Source of the DNA: a virus
Virus record (IMG/VR): IMGVR_UViG_3300046643_000057
Span: 1 to 56,389 of that record
DNA length: 56,389 nucleotides
Strand: one strand, 5' to 3'
Each line of letters starts with the position of its first letter. Within the stretch, counting starts at the first letter, position 1. The notes below the pieces were generated by a model that was not told the origin of the DNA, searched no databases, and saw only the letters and a list, made by a program, of their open reading frames with translations. Both the position numbers and the translations under genes were made by a program. This document shows positions 33,915 through 41,463 of this stretch, piece after piece.

Positions 33915-34615
33915 AGGTCTACGTTGGTTTCGACGAGCGCGAAGCTCAAGCTGCCGAGGTGGCCCGCAAGAGCCTCCTGCGTGTGACGCGCGGTGAGATC
34001 GAACCCGAGTTCATCTGCGCGGCCAAGCTCTACGATCACGGCCTCCTGTGGCGCGCGGCCGATCAGCGCGGGGGTCAGGACTACGATCTCGTGAGCAACG
34101 CGCCGCAGGCCACACGCTTCGCGATCTCGCGCTTTCTCACGCCGATGCTCGCGCAAAACGGCTTCGCTCTCTTCGTCGATTGCGACGTCGTCTTTCTGCG
34201 CGATCCACGCATCATGCTCAATGAGATCAAGGCCGAGCACGCGGTGAGCGTCGTTCGCCATCCGCACGCGGTCTACCCTAGCAGCGTCAAGATGGTCTAC
34301 CAGACGCAGACGCACTACCCGATGAAAAACGCATCGAGCGTGATGCTCTTCAACTGTGACCACGGCGCCAATCGCCGGCTGTCGCTCCGCGACGTGAACG
34401 AACGCCCCGGCCGCGACCTGCACCGGTTCTACTGGCTCGCCGAGAGCGAGATCGGCATGCTTGCGCCGCAATGGAACTGGCTCGTGGATGTGGAGCCTCG
34501 CCCGGTCGGCCTCGGGATCGCGCACATGACGCTCGGCGGTCCCTGGCTCGATGGTTGGCAAGGCGGTAGCTTCGATGCAGAATGGCGTTCTGCTGAAGAC
34601 TCGAGGGAGCTTTGA
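33911..34615 (+). CDS. GT8-like (GT-A fold, DxD) glycosyltransferase
   Basis: Contains KVYVGFDERE...RFAISRFLTPMLAQNGFALFVDCDVVFLRDP (DxD = DCD). Confidence 0.6.
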   Translation: MKVYVGFDEREAQAAEVARKSLLRVTRGEIEPEFICAAKLYDHGLLWRAADQRGGQDYDLVSNAPQATRFAISRFLTPMLAQNGFALFVDCDVVFLRDPRIMLNEIKAEHAVSVVRHPHAVYPSSVKMVYQTQTHYPMKNASSVMLFNCDHGANRRLSLRDVNERPGRDLHRFYWLAESEIGMLAPQWNWLVDVEPRPVGLGIAHMTLGGPWLDGWQGGSFDAEWRSAEDSREL

Positions 34616-34617
34616 TC

Positions 34618-34794
34618 ATGGCAAAGAACTGGATCGCTGGCGCAACGAAAAACAAAGGCGGCTTGCACAAGTCGCTCGGTGTGCCCGCTGGCAAGACGAT
34701 TCCGAAGGCAAAGATCGCGGCTGCCGCGAAGAAGCCCGGCAAAGTCGGCAAGCAGGCGAAGCTCGCTGAGACGCTCGAGAAAATGAAGAAGTAG
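34618..34794 (+). CDS. small basic protein (DUF3008-like)
   Basis: GAGGGAG SD lies 8 nt upstream of the ATG. Translation: MAKNWIAGATKNKGGLHKSLGVPAGKTIPKAKIAAAAKKPGKVGKQAKLAETLEKMKK. Confidence 0.55.
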   Translation: MAKNWIAGATKNKGGLHKSLGVPAGKTIPKAKIAAAAKKPGKVGKQAKLAETLEKMKK

Positions 34795-35138
34795 GTTGGC
34801 GCCCTGCGACCTGCACATGGGCAGCACAAACAACCTGCGTCGCGGAGCACGACATTAAACCGGCTGCCCTTCCGGCACCCTTCGACACGTATGAGCCTCT
34901 TCGGAGATTTTCTACCCCATGTCTTAGGGTGTTGTCGTATCATTCGCAGCAAGGCGACATGCCCTCGGAGAATGTGCCCGCTGGTCTGTACACCACGCAT
35001 CGGCTGCTGAAACCGGGATTGCCGTCTTCTGTGCAAAACGTGATCGGCGGTGTGGGGTGTCCTGCCGCAAGCTGTACGAAGCCGCGAGCCTACGGGCATG
35101 CGGAATCTCAGAGTAAGTGCCGATGACTGGCGCAAATG

Positions 35139-35166
35139 GAAAAGGCCCGCAGTTGCGGGCCTTTTG
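35139..35166. terminator. bidirectional rho-independent terminator between converging operons
   Basis: gaaaa-ggcccgc-agtt-gcgggcc-ttttg, with A/T runs on both sides. Confidence 0.8.
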
Positions 35167-35181
35167 CTTGGGTCGTGAGAC

Positions 35182-35607
35182 TCAGGTCGTAGCCGGCGTG
35201 GTCGTCACGGTGCCATCGGTCGCGACGGTCGACGTCGACCCATCCGAGAAGGTCGTGGTCACGCTGCCGTCCGGGTTCGTCACAGGCGTGCCGACGACGG
35301 TTGGCGCGCTTGGCGCAGGAGCCGGGCTCGGCGCCGGAGCGGCCGGCGTGTTGGCAGTCACCGCGGCCGCGAGCGAGGTTGCGTTCGCGGTGATGCTGTC
35401 GGCTAGAGCCTGCAGCGCGGTCGGATCGGTGCCGGCGGCAGCGATCAGGCCCGGGATCGCGTTGAGCAACGTGATCGCGGATTGGTTGACGGTGGTCTCT
35501 GCCTTGACGGCAGCAATGAGGTTGTCGAGTGCGGACATAATTTTCCCTTGAGAGTGGAGGACGACTGCCATGAAGAGCAGCAGGAGGACGGCGACTAAGA
35601 CGATCAT
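35182..35607 (-). CDS. membrane-anchored Thr/Pro-rich protein (last gene of late operon)
   Basis: ATG at 35607 overlaps the Rz stop. N-terminal TM MIVLVAVLLLLFMAVVL. C-terminus PAAPAPSPAPAPS...TTTFSDGSTSTVATDGTVTTTPATT. An alternative ATG at 35538 has an AAGGGA SD. Confidence 0.6.
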   Translation of the reverse strand: MIVLVAVLLLLFMAVVLHSQGKIMSALDNLIAAVKAETTVNQSAITLLNAIPGLIAAAGTDPTALQALADSITANATSLAAAVTANTPAAPAPSPAPAPSAPTVVGTPVTNPDGSVTTTFSDGSTSTVATDGTVTTTPATT

Positions 35608-36149
35608 GGTGATGTCGATTCTGTCACGGTCGTGGCCGGTGTCAACGCGACGTAGGAGCCGATGCAGGCTGCGAGACTGGTGTGGAGGTTGTCAGCGTAC
35701 TCTGCCAACTGGCCCGCAGTGTCGTCAACCCGGCCGAGCACGTCGACGAGCACATCAAGGGCGTCGGGGGCATTTGGGCCTGCGGTGACAAGGGCGGGAT
35801 CGCTGCGCGTTGCACGATAGCGGGCGGCGTCGGCTTTGGCGGCAACGCGCAGCCGATCACGCTCAGTGCGAGCAGCAGTGGCATCAGCCACATCCTTGAG
35901 GTGTTGAGCGGCAGCATCGTTGATGACTTTCTGTTGTGCGACTTGGCGCGCGGTTTCGAGATCACGTTCGGCTTGCACGGCCTTGGTGACGGCTTCTGCG
36001 GTGCGCTGGCCTTCCAGCGCTGCATCTTTTTGCAAGGTGCTAACTTGCAACTTGAGAACTTCAATCTTGGCGAGTAATCCGCCACCTGTGATCACCAGTA
36101 TTGCGAAAAGCGCAATGGTCGCGTAGAGCTTGAGGGGCGTGAGAATCAT
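35604..36149 (-). CDS. Rz: i-spanin (Rz-like)
   Basis: ATG at 36149 overlaps the endolysin stop. N-terminal TM LYATIALFAILVITGGGL followed by coiled-coil. Contains an embedded lipoprotein ORF. Confidence 0.75.
   Translation of the reverse strand: MILTPLKLYATIALFAILVITGGGLLAKIEVLKLQVSTLQKDAALEGQRTAEAVTKAVQAERDLETARQVAQQKVINDAAAQHLKDVADATAARTERDRLRVAAKADAARYRATRSDPALVTAGPNAPDALDVLVDVLGRVDDTAGQLAEYADNLHTSLAACIGSYVALTPATTVTESTSP
35642..35917 (-). CDS. Rz1: o-spanin (Rz1-like lipoprotein) embedded in Rz in the +1 frame
   Basis: MLPLNTSRMWLMPLLLALSVIGC has a lipobox (VIGC) followed by the Pro-rich ALPPKPTPPAIVQRAAIPPLSP. Confidence 0.65.
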   Translation of the reverse strand: MLPLNTSRMWLMPLLLALSVIGCALPPKPTPPAIVQRAAIPPLSPQAQMPPTPLMCSSTCSAGLTTLRASWQSTLTTSTPVSQPASAPTSR

Positions 36150-36619
36150 GAGAGACCTTTGAGGCAGTAGGCGCGCTCGTTGTCGCGGCGCGTGGTGAGA
36201 CCCGGGAGCGTGACGAGCGCCCCGGCGAGGTGGGACTTGTTCCAAAGCGGCAATTGATTGCACGCGTCGATCCACTGGTGATTCCAGAGGTAGCGTGCAG
36301 CCGTCGAATTCGTGCGGTCGCACGCGATCGTCGGCCCGATGTTGTAGACGGCACTCCCGAAGGCACCGAGCACGTTGTCAGGCGCGCCGGGGGCGCACTT
36401 GTCGACGGTCGCGACCGCTACGGCCACGCCATCGGTGAGAAGAGCCTGACACTCGGCGGTGCTGTAGAACTTGCCGGCGACCGGATGAGCGGTCTCGCCG
36501 AAGCAGTAGGTGGGAATGCCGACCGGGTCGGCGTAGACGTAGTGACGAAGCCCTTCGGCTGGCGCGACGAGAGCAGCCGCGACGGCGGCCGCGATACTAG
36601 CTCGATGGGGGTTGTTCAT
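36146..36619 (-). CDS. SAR endolysin, GH24 lysozyme
   Basis: Catalytic E-x8-D-x5-T in EGLRHYVYADPVGIPT. Weakly hydrophobic N-terminal ASIAAAVAAALVA (signal-arrest-release-like). Confidence 0.85.
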   Translation of the reverse strand: MNNPHRASIAAAVAAALVAPAEGLRHYVYADPVGIPTYCFGETAHPVAGKFYSTAECQALLTDGVAVAVATVDKCAPGAPDNVLGAFGSAVYNIGPTIACDRTNSTAARYLWNHQWIDACNQLPLWNKSHLAGALVTLPGLTTRRDNERAYCLKGLS

Positions 36620-36836
36620 CGCCACGTATCAGGTTCCTCTGCAGAATCAGCCGGGCGCCGGCTGATGCCATTGCAGCAAATGCTGCAAAAACCTGAAGGA
36701 TACGCGTCGGGTGCTCGGGGAGCAAGAAAGGCATGATGAAATCGAAACCGGTGAGCAGGACCGAGAGGACCGCAAACCGCACGCTCCACGAGCGTTTCGC
36801 GACCTTCTGCCACTCGTCGATCGGGATGAGCGTCAT
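36597..36836 (-). CDS. holin (two-TMD, pinholin-like)
   Basis: 79 aa with two hydrophobic segments (FAVLSVLLTGFDFIMPFLL and ILQVFAAFAAMASAGARLIL). Lies immediately upstream of the SAR endolysin. Confidence 0.65.
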   Translation of the reverse strand: MTLIPIDEWQKVAKRSWSVRFAVLSVLLTGFDFIMPFLLPEHPTRILQVFAAFAAMASAGARLILQRNLIRGDEQPPSS

Positions 36837-37195
36837 TTTTTGCTGCCTATGTCGGCCTGAGCCTTGAGCCCGACGACGACATTGTTCACGTCCTTGACGT
36901 CGGCCTTGAGGTCCTTCAGATCGGCGCGCAGCGTCTCGGACAGCGCCCTGACATCGCCGCGGTCACGCTCGGCCGTGGCGTGGATCGCGTCGATGTCGGC
37001 CTTCGTCTGCGTCTTGTCGGACTGATAGGTCGCGTAGCCCGCACTCAATGCGATGGCAAGCCCTGCCGATTGCAGCAGAGTGCCGGTCGAGACCGTGGGG
37101 TCGAAGCGAAAGAAGCGTGCGCGACGTTCGTTGTCACGGCTGCGCTTGAGCCCGTCGAGGGGCATGCGTTCCGAGTCCATGTCGTCATCCTTCAT
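36833..37195 (-). CDS. single-TMD coiled-coil membrane protein (lysis-associated?)
   Basis: TM GTLLQSAGLAIALSAGYATY followed by a charged helical tail. ATGA-coupled on both sides. Confidence 0.55.
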   Translation of the reverse strand: MKDDDMDSERMPLDGLKRSRDNERRARFFRFDPTVSTGTLLQSAGLAIALSAGYATYQSDKTQTKADIDAIHATAERDRGDVRALSETLRADLKDLKADVKDVNNVVVGLKAQADIGSKK

Positions 37196-40100
37196 GGTGC
37201 GGCGGCTCCGGGTTGTGTGCGTGGAGTGAACATAGGTCGGATCGGTACAGGCTGCTTCATCTTCGGTAGATCACCCTTTGAGGCCCTGCGCAGCGCCGAC
37301 GCCGCAAGGCCGCGCACAAGGTTGGCGTCAACGGTGTTGCTCATCGTCGTGCCGAAGTGCTCGTAGAAGAAAGCGCGAATCTCGTTGATCAACCGACGCA
37401 CAAACGGCAGATCAGGATGATTCTCGACGAGGTGCGCCGCGACTTCACGTAGGAATCTCTCGTCACCTTCGGCCAGTTTCGATGCCGTGCCTTCACCGAC
37501 ATAGTTGTGCTTGACGTGGTCCCAAGCCTCTTTGATTTCCGGCTCATTCTTGATGCTCTTCAATTCGTTGAGCATCACGTTGTAGCGCTCTTGGCCGAGC
37601 ATGCGGATCACACCGAAGTGTTCGCCGAGCTCGTGCATCAGAATGCCCGGCGCCTGATCGGCGGTCATGCGATCGACGTAGAGCGTCGCGGCGGGCCGGC
37701 GCTGCATGCCGCGGTAGACGGCCTTCACACCGCGTCGATCGCCGAACATGCCTTCATCGGCTGAGAGCGCGTACTTGAGCACACCCTCGCGCTTCAGGCC
37801 TTCGATGAGCTTGCTGCCGAACTTGGCGCGCAGGACTTCGTCCATCGCTTCGGGGCTGCCTACCGGTTTTCCTTGCGGATGGTTGGCGGGCGTTTTTTGG
37901 CCTTCGTTCGGATTGGAGGACTTGAAGACTTCTTCAGGATCGTCAGCTTGGGGGCTGGCTTTGCGGCCGTTTTCTTGCCGTACACCACCGGGCTTGTCAC
38001 CAGATTTGGGGTCAGTGCCACGCTCGCTCTCCTGCAGGACACGCGACCGCACTTCGGGGTCGGTGATGTTGCGAGCCACAAGGCCCGGATCGGCGCCGTC
38101 GCGAATGCGCGCCGCCTCTTGCTTGACGAAGTCGTCGACCTTGTCGGGATAGTTGCGCTTCCAGAGCTTCCACGCCGACGGCTCGGTCTTGCCGCTCGGC
38201 ATGATCCGACCTTCGTGCTTCGCGTTGAACGCGTCGTAGAGCGCACGGCCCACACCGGTGCCGACTTGGTCCTTGTCGACCTTGACCATGTCGACGTTCG
38301 CGTTCTCGCCGAGTTGCTTGGCTTGGCCGCGCTCGAGGTTGTCCTTGAGGTAGCCGATCTTCTTCCCGCCCTTGTGAGCTTCGAAGCCGCCCGGCACCTC
38401 GCGAATCTCTAGCTTCCCGGCACCACCGGCGTTTTCACTACCTGCGTCGGGTCGACGGGCCTCTGCAGCGCCGTTGGCCCGGGGTTCGTCGGCTGCGGCG
38501 CGAACTGCGCCAGCGGGCTCGTTTGCGCCGCGGGCCTCACCGGCGCCGGGACGAACGCCTTGCCCCCCTGCGCCGTCACCTTCGCCGGCTGAAACGCGTG
38601 CAGCCCCGTGATCCCCACCACGTGGGCCAGCGGCGCCGGCATCCCCTTGGCTGCCTTCAGCAGCGCGCTTGGTTTCATTCGCACGGGCTTCCCCTTCTTC
38701 GTTGATGCGCGCGATCTCGCGATCGAAAGCGCGCGGGCTGTTCTCGTGCTGCACTGCGGCGCGCTCAACGGCGCGCGAGTCGTGCGCGAGTGCGCGCGAC
38801 GTGTCGCGAGCGCGCTGCGCATCCTCGGCGCCGAGGTTGTAGCGCGAGCGCCATTGACGGTCGGCTTCGATCAGTTCGGGCGTGATCTCGGTCGCCTCGC
38901 CGGTCGGAATCTCCGGGCTCTCGGCGGGCTCGATCTTCTCGGGCGTGATCTCGGTCGCGTCGCCGGTAGGAATTTTCTCCGGCACCGGCGCCTTGATCTC
39001 GGGTTGGCCCTCGATCACCTTGCCGGCCGGAATCTTATCGGCGCCGCGCAGCTTGTCGGCCTGCGCGATCAAGCGCTTCTGCAGCGCCGGGTCGGTGGTC
39101 GCGCGCGCGGTGCGCTCCAACTGCTCGGCCGTGGCGTTGTCCTTCAGGCTCTGCACGCGTTTCGCCTCGGCCGCAGCTTCGGCCTTGAGGTGAGCGCGCA
39201 GGACGGCTTTCACCTCCTCGGGTGGGTTCTCGTCGAGCAAGCGTTGTGCTTCTTCGGCGCCGGGCCCGACAGGAGGGCCGCCAGAGCCTTCAGGCGGCTC
39301 GCCGCCACTACCCCCGCCGCCTTCTTGGTTCGGAGGCGTATCGGGGCCTTCCGCGCCCTGCTGGCGCCGCGCTTCGATGGCGCCGGGCTCGTTCATCGCC
39401 GCATTGGCGCGATCCGTGGCCGCAGTTTCGGCCGGCCCACCGGAAACGAGCGCGTCCGGCAGGTCAGGACGGCCGGGGACGAGCTCTTGCTCGAGCCGCG
39501 CTTTGCGGTTGCCGGTCGTGACCGGGGGCTCATCGTGCGCGGCCACGAGGCCGGGCTCGTGCCCGCCTCGAGGCGCGCCGCCACCGGCGCCGGGCGTGGT
39601 CTCCCAATCGGGCACCAGATCGCCGAGCGGGCCTGCAGGCGGCGCTGCACCACCGCCACCACTTTCAGGCGCTGCGCCGGGCGACGTCGTCGGCTCGGCG
39701 GGTGGTGGCTCGTCGCGCGGCAGTTCGCGCTTGGCGATCATGCGGCGCACGAGCTTCGGGCCAAGGGTGTTGTAGGCCAGTGCCCCGCCGTAGGTCGCCG
39801 CGGCCGCGTGCGGCTCGGCGAAGGCGCCGCCACCGAGCAGCGTGCCGTAGACGAGCGAGCGCTCGGCCGTGCCCGAGGACGTGGGTTCCTTGATGAGTTG
39901 CCCGACCTTGGCGAGATCGCCGATCGGGCCGCCCATCTGGCGGGCCATGTAATATTTTCCCTGCTTCGTCGCCGTGACGGCAGCCATCAACCCGGCCGGG
40001 CTGATCTTGCCGTCGATGGTCTTGGCGACCTGCGGCTCAACCATCTTGCCGTATGCGTACTGACGGCGGAAGTCGCGCAGCGGCTGCACGTCCTCGGGTG

Positions 40101-41463
40101 CGGCGTTGCGCTCGACACCGTCCTGAATCACGTCCTGCAGGTTGCTCAGATAGCGGCCGAGATCGTTGCCGGCGTTCGCGCGGGCTTGCGTACCGATTTG
40201 GCTGTTGAGCTCCTTCAGTGCACGGCCGCTGACCACACCGTCATCGCCCGTGACTTTGCCGAGATCGCTGAGATACGCCTCAACGATCTTCGCGTTGTCC
40301 GGCGTCGCCTTGGTCAGGTCGTCGCGGATCGAGTCGACACCCGGTGCAAGGTCTTCGGCTGGCACGGGCGTGCGATCGGTGATATCGCCGATGCCCGAGC
40401 CCGAGCGCTTCATCGCGTCATCGAAGACGTCGGGCGTGAGACGCGTCGACTTCTCGTCGGCCGGGTTGAGCAGGCTGATCACGTTGCGCGTGAAAGCTGT
40501 CTGGTTCGAAGCGTTCTTCGAATTCGACAGCGGCACGTCGGACGAAGCCTGCCCCGCCATCTTCGTGAATTTCGCGTTGTCGACGACCTGATCCGGCCGC
40601 ACATCGATCGGGTACTTGAGCTCGCTGGCGGTCTGGGCGACCTTCAAGAGCTCAGGATCGACCGGAAGCACCTTCTTCGCCGCAGCGCCCACCACATCAG
40701 CAGCAGCACCACCGGCAGCCTTCGCGAGCACCGGTGCGGCCTGCTTGGCGGCGTCGACTGCGCCGGCAGGCGCGATGCCGTGCAGCACCCCGGCCGCACC
40801 GACGAGGTTGTCCGCGGCCGGCGCGATGTACTTGTCTTGGATGTTCTCGGCGACCTGTTGCGCCTGCGGCGTGATGTTGTCGGAGCCGACATCGTGGCCG
40901 GTAGCTTGCGCGACTGCGCGAGCGCCCGCGCGTGCGAGCCCCATCGGGCCGGCAGCGACCGTGTTCGCCGAAGGCAAGAGACCCTTGACGGTCTGTGTCG
41001 CTTGTTGCGTCTCGGCGTTTTGCGCCTCCTCGAGTGTCGAGGGCACCATCTGCGGCGCAACCGATCCCGCAGGCTTTGGATTGAGCAACTGCTGATTCTT
41101 CTCGGCCGCGAGATCGTGACTCGGTGCGAGCACGCCGAGGTTCTCGCCGGCCGCGCGCACGACGCCCGCGGCCATGCCGTAGGTTGAACCCATGATGCCG
41201 GCCGCGAGGTTGAGGCCTGCCTCGATCGCGCCTGTGACCTTGTCGCCGGCCGTGGGCGGCGCGATCGGCGTCGGTGCGGCCGCGACTGGCGCGCCTTGGC
41301 GCGTCTTGTCCGCGTTCGAGCCCGGCACCGCATCGGCGCCTTGCAGCGGCGGCAAGTTGCTCGTGTCGACGGGCGCCGCCGAAGACGGGTCGAAACTACC
41401 CCCGCCTGCGGGTGCTGCCGAGGTCGGGTCGAAAGGCTTGGCGCTGGTCGGATCGAAAGCCAT
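37192..41463 (-). CDS. giant internal virion / ejection protein (1423 aa) with GNAT-like segment
   Basis: Size and position just before the lysis genes. N-terminal triple FDP(T/S)SA repeat. DKDQVGTGVGRALYDAF (about 38130-38415) resembles GNAT motif A. Confidence 0.75.
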   Translation of the reverse strand: MAFDPTSAKPFDPTSAAPAGGGSFDPSSAAPVDTSNLPPLQGADAVPGSNADKTRQGAPVAAAPTPIAPPTAGDKVTGAIEAGLNLAAGIMGSTYGMAAGVVRAAGENLGVLAPSHDLAAEKNQQLLNPKPAGSVAPQMVPSTLEEAQNAETQQATQTVKGLLPSANTVAAGPMGLARAGARAVAQATGHDVGSDNITPQAQQVAENIQDKYIAPAADNLVGAAGVLHGIAPAGAVDAAKQAAPVLAKAAGGAAADVVGAAAKKVLPVDPELLKVAQTASELKYPIDVRPDQVVDNAKFTKMAGQASSDVPLSNSKNASNQTAFTRNVISLLNPADEKSTRLTPDVFDDAMKRSGSGIGDITDRTPVPAEDLAPGVDSIRDDLTKATPDNAKIVEAYLSDLGKVTGDDGVVSGRALKELNSQIGTQARANAGNDLGRYLSNLQDVIQDGVERNAAPEDVQPLRDFRRQYAYGKMVEPQVAKTIDGKISPAGLMAAVTATKQGKYYMARQMGGPIGDLAKVGQLIKEPTSSGTAERSLVYGTLLGGGAFAEPHAAAATYGGALAYNTLGPKLVRRMIAKRELPRDEPPPAEPTTSPGAAPESGGGGAAPPAGPLGDLVPDWETTPGAGGGAPRGGHEPGLVAAHDEPPVTTGNRKARLEQELVPGRPDLPDALVSGGPAETAATDRANAAMNEPGAIEARRQQGAEGPDTPPNQEGGGGSGGEPPEGSGGPPVGPGAEEAQRLLDENPPEEVKAVLRAHLKAEAAAEAKRVQSLKDNATAEQLERTARATTDPALQKRLIAQADKLRGADKIPAGKVIEGQPEIKAPVPEKIPTGDATEITPEKIEPAESPEIPTGEATEITPELIEADRQWRSRYNLGAEDAQRARDTSRALAHDSRAVERAAVQHENSPRAFDREIARINEEGEARANETKRAAEGSQGDAGAAGPRGGDHGAARVSAGEGDGAGGQGVRPGAGEARGANEPAGAVRAAADEPRANGAAEARRPDAGSENAGGAGKLEIREVPGGFEAHKGGKKIGYLKDNLERGQAKQLGENANVDMVKVDKDQVGTGVGRALYDAFNAKHEGRIMPSGKTEPSAWKLWKRNYPDKVDDFVKQEAARIRDGADPGLVARNITDPEVRSRVLQESERGTDPKSGDKPGGVRQENGRKASPQADDPEEVFKSSNPNEGQKTPANHPQGKPVGSPEAMDEVLRAKFGSKLIEGLKREGVLKYALSADEGMFGDRRGVKAVYRGMQRRPAATLYVDRMTADQAPGILMHELGEHFGVIRMLGQERYNVMLNELKSIKNEPEIKEAWDHVKHNYVGEGTASKLAEGDERFLREVAAHLVENHPDLPFVRRLINEIRAFFYEHFGTTMSNTVDANLVRGLAASALRRASKGDLPKMKQPVPIRPMFTPRTQPGAAAP

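Noticed and set aside
28256-34794. DNA hypermodification pathway of the known 5-hmC/5-hmU-glycosylation type
   Set aside because: I found no thymidylate-synthase-like pyrimidine hydroxymethylase, TET/JBP-like dioxygenase, DNA C5-methyltransferase or aGPT-Pplase-like ORF. DNA remains a possible target, but the known pathways are not supported.
34929-35126. 65-aa ORF in the long 3-prime untranslated region as a confident CDS
   Set aside because: GC3 is only about 60% against more than 80% in neighbouring genes, the SD is weak and no motif was recognised. It is kept only as a possibility inside the corresponding finding.
37618-37647. Zinc-metallopeptidase motif in the 1423-aa protein (LMHELGEHFG)
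   Set aside because: The spacing is H-E-x-x-x-H, not the canonical HExxH, and I could not identify a third ligand. This is too weak to call a peptidase domain.
37192-41463. N4-like virion RNA polymerase, considered because the capsid protein resembles N4 gp56
   Set aside because: The protein is far shorter than an N4 vRNAP, and I saw no T7-like RNAP motifs. Early promoters look sigma70-like, which points to host RNAP dependence.
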